From Octopus vulgaris (taxonomy: Eukaryota), in assembly GCA_951406725.2 (NCBI GenBank), contig OX597815.1, positions 170,128,001 through 170,192,000 on the forward strand: a DNA stretch of 64,000 nt, in the 5' to 3' direction. Below, piece by piece: positions 55,041 through 64,000 of this stretch. Position numbers and translations under genes: made by a program. The notes beneath the pieces were generated by a model, which saw only the letters and a program-made list of their open reading frames with translations, was not told where the DNA came from and did not search any database. The stretch's first letter is position 1; each line of letters begins with the position of its first letter.

Positions 55041-57458
55041 GTTTCTTCCAAATAATCTGCACACATACAATAAAGTAAATGTTTATTCGTCTTCTTCGAA
55101 CTTGAGCATTCATTTATTCTTGCAACTATCTCGTTCAATTAGCAATTAGCAATTATGCTGCACAAACTTACATACTTAAAACGATCCTGAGGCGGAGTCA
55201 GTGTGATATCAAGAATAGATTTTTGAATTACAAATACAATCTATCCAATGTTTACCACTACCTAGTTTACCTCTACCCATTTTCTCTCACAGGGCTTCGG
55301 TCGACCCAAGGTTTTGATAAAATAGATTTCTGTTGTGGGATCAAGCTCGAGATCTCATTGTTGCGAAGCAATCTTCTTGAACAAACATGATCTTAAAATG
55401 CTGAGATTACTACATTATGTCAACCATAGTAAATTATCCGATAGCAAGATGTAAACCCAGTATCATTTCAATCAAGAAAAATCATCCTACATCCTCTTAA
55501 ATCAATTTAGCAATCAGTACAATACACTGAATTTTAATCTTTGAGATCGCTAACCCTCAGAACATAGATTCAAGAGACTACATGCAACCACTGAACAACT
55601 CACAAATTTAGCATAAAGAGGCATCACGTTTTTAACAAACAAAATAATAAAAAAGTTGGCCTCCCATACGTTCAATTATAACTACCGTAAACATTAATAA
55701 TGCTTTCCACTCCATCCTTATTTCTTTTGTTTGCTTTTGTATTGGTAGACATATCCACACAAAAACAAACAAAAGAAATGAGACTAATGGGTGGTTGGGA
55801 GCCGAAAGGCATCCTCAAATTTGAAACCTGGCTGAAATGGTGGCAACAGAGTTTATTTGCCATGTAGGCTACAATAGGATGTGGAATGCGAAATGTAACA
55901 AATACCGCAAGGCATCTTGTCCGATGATTTAGCAATTCCATCTGTAACGGATCTAGATTTTATTTTAGATCCCGGGAAGATGAAATGCAAAGTTGTTCTT
56001 GGCCGATTTGATCTCAGAAAGCAAGAAATCGGAATAAGTACTGCGAGATGTTTCGTCAGGCACTCTCAACACTTTACCAATTCACCGACGTACATATATA
56101 TTACCAGAAGTGTAATATAGAAAAATATATAGAGAATCGTTCCAGGAATGTAATATAGAGGCTAGTCACGTTAAAGTAACATTGTAATATAGGAATCTAG
56201 AAAATACAGAAGTGTGTTTAATAGGAACAGCCAGGCATTAAAAAGATTATTGTATATCAGCTCTTAGAAATAACAATTGGAGAAATCGATAGTTAGAACA
56301 GTTTTCAAAGTCTACAATGTTCTGTGGTTGCAATGACAGATTAATTAGGTGTTTGTTTGGTAATACTTGCTTAGAAAATAAAAATTTCATATCTTTCAAT
56401 GCTGCAAAGTTGGCACGACCTGTTATGTTGTAGTTACATTGTTTAGCGAAATACAAGGTCTTCAAAGATGTGTTGAAATGTTATTTAAAGTTCCTTTATA
56501 AGAAGATAATGAAGTTGCTGATATTCTATTAATGTTTATAAAAGAGTAAGTTGGAGGTAAACATTTTAAATTGATTAGCGGTAAATACATTGTATAAATT
56601 TAATGTGCGCGTGCATTGAAATCAGATTGTGCAATTTTCTTGATAGAGGTATATTTTATAATTGGTACAGTTACACATAAAATTAAAAGTAGTAGGATTA
56701 TCAAGAAAATTACTGCTTCATTCAGCAAGGTAAAACATAGTAAGAGTTTGATAGAGAATATACATAGTAGGGTAGGTAATTTTGACAATGTTTTGTCTTA
56801 ATTAATAATTGCGGCTTGAAAGGAAGTGTTACGGTAACAGATGAAAACAATTTGCTATGGTTGAGGTGACAAATAGATTAATGATTAATAGTCAGATTCA
56901 TTGAGTTTTCTTTTCATATTTCAGTGTTTATTATTAAACGAGGGAGGTCTTGTGTAATAAAATCGCATTAAAAACAACACAAAACATTATTTTGCAAACT
57001 ACTTGTCAGAGTGCCAAACCTACGTAGTGTTCACGAATAACACTTTCAGACATTGTAATCTGTCTTCTCATCCATATGTTTAAACATATATCCATTAATA
57101 TACACCTTCTAATATATTCACAAACATATAAACAACTACATACAGAGATAGGATTAATGATAGACATTTCAAATATTTTACAATGTAGCACAACATTAGT
57201 TATATCACTTAAAAACATTAGCTATATCACTTAGAAACTTTGTTTTACAGTTTTTAAGTGAGTTATGTGAAGCTGGAGACTTAAAGCAGTATTAACCAGT
57301 TCCACTCAAAGTCGTCCCATCAGCAACACCAGAAAATATCAAATATCACAAAGTATGACAATAACTTGCATAACTATGAAGTAAGCATGACACAATAGCA
57401 CTAAGGTTTACATACAGCATTCATAACTCAAATAGATGACAGAGCAAAGATAGTAAAA

Positions 57459-57694
57459 ATAAATACGTCCTTTTAAAGCCTAGCCAGGCTCATGGGTCCA
57501 GTTTCCCGATTTCAATGGCGTATGCGTTCCCAAGCTGGATGGAATCCAGTCCGTCGCAGCATTACTCATTTTTTCCAGCAACGTGAAACGAAGTGTTTTG
57601 CACAAGAACACAACGTGTTGCCCGGTCCAAGAATCGAAACCACAATCTTACGATCATGATGCTGACACCCTAACCACTAAGCCACGCGCCTCCA
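57459..57694 (-). mobile_element. CORE-type SINE, group B, tail type 3, with 14-bp TSD
   Basis: Matches 40781-41042; TSD CAAAGATAGTAAAA at 57445-57458 and 57695-57708. Confidence 0.92.
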
Positions 57695-58427
57695 CAAAGA
57701 TAGTAAAACGACACAAATATATTTAAAACAATCACAGGTAGCATATTTGGCAGACAGAATGTAAAACAATTTATTTTATCCATCATGGACTAAGCCACTT
57801 CTATCTGCGTTCGCAGCCTCTCCACAAAAATACCCACAATAAACTATAAAATACGCGAAACAATCTTCTCAACGAAACAAAATTTATTCAGATAGAAGGC
57901 TTCTTCGATACGCAAGATACAAAGTTTTTTATTTATTTTCTACAGCAGGTTTCATATTCCGCTACTGCTTCTTGCTACTTTAAGCAAATCGAAGCTATCC
58001 CTATACATCTCCTCAAAAATATTCCAGCAGAATCATAAAAACTAGACTATGACAAATATAAAATATATCTCATACAAGGGAATAGCTGCATTATCAATAG
58101 CCTCACTGGTTAGAAACATTTCTATTGAGATGCAAACCACCAAAGTGTAAATACTATATGCTGGCTGAATCTCCATGTTCGTCTCTATGTGACTGGTATA
58201 ACAATCTTAGGCATATAGAAATGGACTGTGTCATGGAGAATGTAGAGAATGACATCCCATGAAAATCATGACTCCATGTTTGACTGTGCAGTATGGTCCT
58301 TGATTAGTCGAAGACGTGATTAACTTGGAATTATGTTAGGCGCATTATCGTTAGGTAAAAAACCTGCCATAGGACTGATCGATGCACTTCAAGAACATCT
58401 CAACATATATTACATATAGAGTATAGA

Positions 58428-58835
58428 TAGGCATAGGGGTGGCTGTGTGGTAAGTAGCTTGCTTACCAACCACATGGTTCCGGGTCCAGTCCCACTGTGT
58501 GGCATCTTGGGCAAGTGTTTTCTACTATAGCCTCGGGCCGACCAAAGCATTGTGAGTGGATTTGATAGATGGAAACTGAAAGAAGCCTGTCGTATATATA
58601 TGTATATAAATATATGTATGTGTGTGTATATATTTGTGTGTCTGTGTTTGTCCCCAACATCGCTTGACAACAGATGCTGGTGTGTTTACGTCCCCGTAAA
58701 CCAGCGGTTCAGCAAAAGAGACCGATAGTACTAGGCTTACAAAGCATAAGTTCTGGGGTCTATTTGCTCGACTAAAGGCGGTGCTCCAGCATGGCCACAA
58801 TCAAATGACTGAAACAAAATAAAAGAGTAAATGAG
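58428..58835 (+). mobile_element. tRNA-derived SINE, group C, full length
   Basis: Complete from head to the GTGCTCCAGCATGGCC...GACTGAAAC tail. Confidence 0.92.
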
Positions 58836-59232
58836 TATACAAGTATTATGATGTAATTTGTTGAACCGTACATACACTTTAAAAGTAGATAGAGGAAGCC
58901 TTTTAAGATATGAATAAGCTCCTTTATAAAAATTAAAATTTCTAAATAGTCTAGAAAAAAGGAAGTTACCGGCATACAGAAAATGATTCTGATCCTGGTT
59001 AGACAAACCAATTAGCGGCCTGCAGTAAGACACAATTGAAAACAGCAATAGGCTCAGAGAGGATTCGCGATATAATGTGTGAGCTGCATTACAATACAGT
59101 ATATGGGCAACTGAAACTTAACAAATTACAATTTTCACATGGGCACACTATCATCTGGCATCAGTTGAAAGCATTTAATCCAAATTTCTGTTCTAAGGAT
59201 GACATATATTCATACACACACACACACGAAGT

Positions 59233-59279
<47 letters not shown>

Positions 59280-59304
59280 TAAGAATGTACACACATATAT
59301 ACTC

Positions 59305-59342
<38 letters not shown>

Positions 59343-60104
59343 AACAATTAAGGATAACTTCTTAATAAGGAATCTTAACAAGAAATTATCTGGTAGTTAG
59401 CGTGAAAAACCTCATAAGAGAAAAATTCGAAAATAATTTTTTCTGTTGAACATATTAATTTATATTATATAGAGGGCATTATTACACATAAATGCCTCAC
59501 ACTAAGAGGGACATAAGTCATTACTACCAAAATTTCACTAATCATACCCAATGCAGTATATATATATATACATGTTCATATACATCTACAGACGTAATGA
59601 AGCCCTCTCACGCACGCACATGCAGAAGCGTATGTAGACGCACAAACACATTCAGTTTAAGCCGTATAAGTTTTTCTTAAATATGTTCATATTTACTCGT
59701 GTGTATGGCGGGCCAACTCGCAAAATCGAAAAGACATTATTTTGGCTCTTTGCTATCTTATGGTCTAATGGTTACTTGCCAAACACGTGACAGATTGTTG
59801 TTTATTTGTAAAGTGAACCCCACCCCCACGCCTAGATGGCGCTTTTGAATCATGTCTGTAAATAAAATCTATACTTTTTGTGATGGCCTGTATGAAGGTG
59901 ATAGTATCAATGCAAATGCTTGTGTAGATACACACACATACAGACACACGCTCGCACACACTTACATATATGTATTTATCAGATTATATATGTGTGTGCG
60001 TGTGTATATATATTTATACCTGTATTTATATGCATATATATATATACATGTGTATATGTGTATATATATATATATATTTATATATATATGCGTGTATGTA
60101 CATG

Positions 60105-60144
<40 letters not shown>

Positions 60145-60151
60145 TATGATG

Positions 60152-60185
<34 letters not shown>

Positions 60186-60265
60186 TATATATGTATATAT
60201 AAATATATATACATATATATGTATATAAATATATATATATATATATATAGATATATATATACATA

Positions 60266-60302
<37 letters not shown>

Positions 60303-60510
60303 TCACATACATACATGCATTAATGCACATATATGTCTATATATAAGGAAGTGGCACCAATAGCTGTACGAGAGCGTGTGATCGCGTGTGTTTGAACCTT
60401 TGTGTTCGTGCATTTCTATGGGTTTTTTTCTGTTAAATAGAATATATCCAGGTATTTTTGAAAAATGACAAAAGATTTCATCATAACAAAGCTTGTCTAG
60501 CATATGTGTA

Positions 60511-60555
<45 letters not shown>

Positions 60556-60558
60556 GCC

Positions 60559-60589
<31 letters not shown>

Positions 60590-62632
60590 GGATGTGTGTG
60601 CCTGTGATGTGTAAGCGTGTGAAATGCACATGGATGAATCGTCCGTAACCTTGTAGTTCTCCCTCTCGCATATAGTTTGGTGAAAGCATAAGTAACAACA
60701 CAGAATATGGTGATGGATACATTAGAACAACTATTTAGGAACAGCATAATCTGGCTCCTGTTCGGAAAGGATCATGTCTTAAGAGAAAACAAAATATAAT
60801 AAACTGACGGCCTCGCATTAAATAGGAACGCCGGGATAACCCTTAGAATGACAGAAATAAAAAGATGTGGTGAGCGAGTGAAGGAACGGTTTACTTAGTA
60901 GAACTGGGGGATTTTTTAGTAGGAACATGTAGTGCGTGGATGATTGCATCGATTGAGGGAAAAGATGTCAGGTGTTACATATGATTGTAAGAGGGCCTAA
61001 CTTTATTGCTCGGATTCTGTTTTCCTCAATAATAATTATAATAGCCAATTATATATGGCTGGAGTAGTGTTCAACAGACGTAAAATACATACATATCTGA
61101 TTGTATGTGTGTGTGTACTTGTGTGTGTGTGTGTGCATGTGTATGTATGTGTGTTTGTGTGTGTGTTTGTGTGTGTGTGTGTACTGTACAAAGTGGGTTG
61201 ATTTTAGCCCGCATTATATAGGCAGATATGCAGCCACAAGCGCAAGAATACACAGGCACACAGACAGACAGACACGGACACACACTAACACACACACACA
61301 CATACACACACACACACACACGGAGTACGCTTTCCCCATCTCTCTCTGTCTGCCTGTGTGTGTGTGCATGTACCTCTCTCTCTTTCTCTCGGCGTCTCTC
61401 TTTGTATATCTCTTTCCTCCTCTCTTACACACAACAATAGAGAAGAACGTCGTAGTTTGCACGAAACATTGAAGAATATGTACGAAATTAGTTTTACAGA
61501 CGGCTATAGCGATGCAAATAGACCATAAAATTTTAAAATAACGATAACAAAATTACTGAAATGTTTTCTTAGAAATATTTAATTTGTCCAACTGTATCGG
61601 GTTCAGAATATCTTTAGAAAGGCTTTAAAGAACAAGAGCAAATTAGAGATTTTAATTGTCACAATGCTGAAAACGTATCGAAATCTTGTAAATCATACTG
61701 AAATTTTATGTGTTAATGGGGAAGATCTTGTGCGTGTAGTTTATGCTGGATCAAGTTTTGTTATGTATGGTGACAATAAGGAAAGGTTATTTATAATAGT
61801 CAGAAGCAATTCTTTAATTACATCTGGTTGTTATTGTTGGCGTGTTTTTATTTTATTTTATTATATTTCATTTGTTTTTGTTGTTTCTAGGGAGAGTCAT
61901 AATGCTAATATTATTGACACACGCACTGGTTCAATTCCACTCCTTATAAGAATGTTTTCTTTTATCCGCAGGTTACTGAGTTACTAACGAAAGTGTCATT
62001 GATTTATAATGATAACCACAATGTTCTGATTAATGTTTTTGCATCTCCAAGATGATTTTGGAGGAAGCATGACGTCGAACCGTGCTTCCGATGCAACATT
62101 CGTTTCATTTTGAGTATGTAGATTTGATATATGACAAAGTAACAGTTGGCCAGCGTGCATATGCTTCTGTCGTTGGGTAACCGTTTCTGAAGAAAAACAT
62201 TGACGGAGATGTCCAGCGTGGAGCAGCCTATTATCTGGCTTTGCCCTATTAACAGCCTTACTGAAGTGTGTTAACTTCAAGGAATAGGTGTTGTATGAGC
62301 TTACGTGTAGATACACTGCAGGTACACTTTCGTTGAATATGACATCTAGTGATGACAATGTAACAATTACGAAATCAGCAAAATTCGGCCATTACACAGC
62401 CATTACTGCGCACGCGCATTATCTTTCAGAAGACATCTAAAGCATTCAATAATACGAATACATACAGCGTAATTATTACTTAAACAATGGATCGCAATAA
62501 CAGCAGCCTGTGGATAAAAAGTAAGCTACTTTGATAAAACAAAAAACAAAACAAAAACAACCCAAACCAACAACAACGAATTAAAAGTGCACGATAAAAG
62601 TGACTACTATGAATAATAAATACCACTCATTA

Positions 62633-63114
62633 AAGCGGCGAACTGGCAGAAAGGTTAACGCGCTGGGCGAAATACTTAGTGGTATTTCGTCTTCCGTTAC
62701 GTTCTGCGTTCAAATTCCGCCGAGGTCGACTTTGCCTTTCATCCCTTCGAGGTCGATTAAATTAAGTATATATGCATAACAATAGTATTTTATATGCACT
62801 GGGGTCGATGCAGTCGACTTAATCCCTTTGTCTGTCCTTGTTTGTCCCCTCTATGTTTAGCCCCTTGAGGGCAGTAAAGAAATAAGAAACGTTAGCACGA
62901 AATGCTTAGCGGTATTTCGTCTATCTTTACGTTCTGAGTTCAAATTCCGCCGAGTTCGACTTAGCCTTTCATTCTTTAGGGATCAACAAATTAAGTACCA
63001 TTTGTGTACTTGGGTCGATCTAGTCGACTGACCCCACCCCAAACAAAAAATAAAAATAAAATAATAAATAAATAAAATTTCAGGCCTTGCGCCTAGAGTA
63101 GAAAGGAATAGTTA
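62633..63114 (+). mobile_element. Dimeric group A SINE
   Basis: Two monomers joined near 62886; shared flanking direct repeat ACCACTCATTA at 62622-62632 and 63115-63125. Confidence 0.85.
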
Positions 63115-63898
63115 ACCACTCATTATAGTTACTGTTCACCATAAAAATCGACATAATTCCAACTCGAACATGTGATCAGTCACAGATATTAGTAAGCCAG
63201 AGATCATCATCCGCTGCCCCAAATTCTGTAAATATGTTAATACGAATATCACGCCTAACTTTCGGCACGTAGGCAGAATGGACACGTAATTTCTGAACCG
63301 AAATATGATGACTAATTAAATCTTTCAATAAATTTAATATTGTTACTTTCGATATTTCATATCATATCTGTATTGACATCGCCTTGTATTACGCATTAAT
63401 TTTTCATACAAGCATATCCAGGAACACACACGCATTTCTAGACTATGTAGGTACGTACGTTGGTGCATATGGTTAACACACTTGTCACGAAATCAAAGAG
63501 ATGTGGATTCTAGTCTCACGCGTACGGGAAAACCTACTTCTTCTCCGTCGAGGGCTTACGTGCCTCATTATTGGGCTATTTTCTTTAGTCATTGCACTGT
63601 GATCGCTATAAGCTTTAAGCTTATAAAATACTTTTGTTATTTACACACACACATACACACAGACAGTTATATATATATGGGGAGAGAGAGAGAGAGGGAG
63701 AGGGAGGGGAGGGAGAGAGAGCGAGAAGGAAATAGATAGATCGACAGATCGATACATATGTAGTCCATTATGTGGTTACTCGGCGATTCACGTATGACAA
63801 ACAACCAATGCCAAGATTGAGTGAATCAATTCATATGAATAAATACCTTTCATACTATTGAGTACTACACACACACATACATACACACACACACGGAA

Positions 63899-63932
<34 letters not shown>

Positions 63933-64000
63933 ACATACACACAAAGAGACGCACACACAATCACACGTATATACACATGTATTTGTATATTTATATATTT

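Noticed and set aside
56247-56801. Strand-biased region with short hydrophobic ORFs
   Set aside because: Probably an old element remnant; no diagnostic motif could be supported.
61996-62358. 120-aa minus ORF
   Set aside because: Non-ATG start, no recognisable domain and no clear splice sites.

Overview
Eukaryotic, AT-rich, microsatellite-dense DNA that is almost entirely intronic/intergenic. The mix of (TA)n/(CA)n/(TATC)n/(AAT)n arrays and tRNA-headed SINE families suggests an octopus or other coleoid cephalopod genome (inference). Most ORFs in the track are microsatellite translations. Supported content: at least 3 tRNA-derived SINE groups (several with clear TSDs, modular tails, one dimer); three different Dong/R4-type RLE LINE pieces clustered in one (AAT)n array; a full-span but internally deleted CR1/L2-group LINE whose ORF1 joins a Myb/SANT-like domain to four CCCH fingers; a Penelope-like GIY-YIG remnant next to a 275-bp near-perfect palindrome; a non-autonomous Helitron, a Merlin-like MITE and a mariner MITE; decayed RTE/RLE fragments; and a few candidate exons of a minus-strand host gene that may end at the left edge. 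The most notable hidden signal is four type-I hammerhead ribozyme motifs (6772, 30030, 41663, 54821) in unrelated short inserts beside (TA)n arrays. All have a palindromic, dimer-type stem III, and two have unusually large stem-II insertions.
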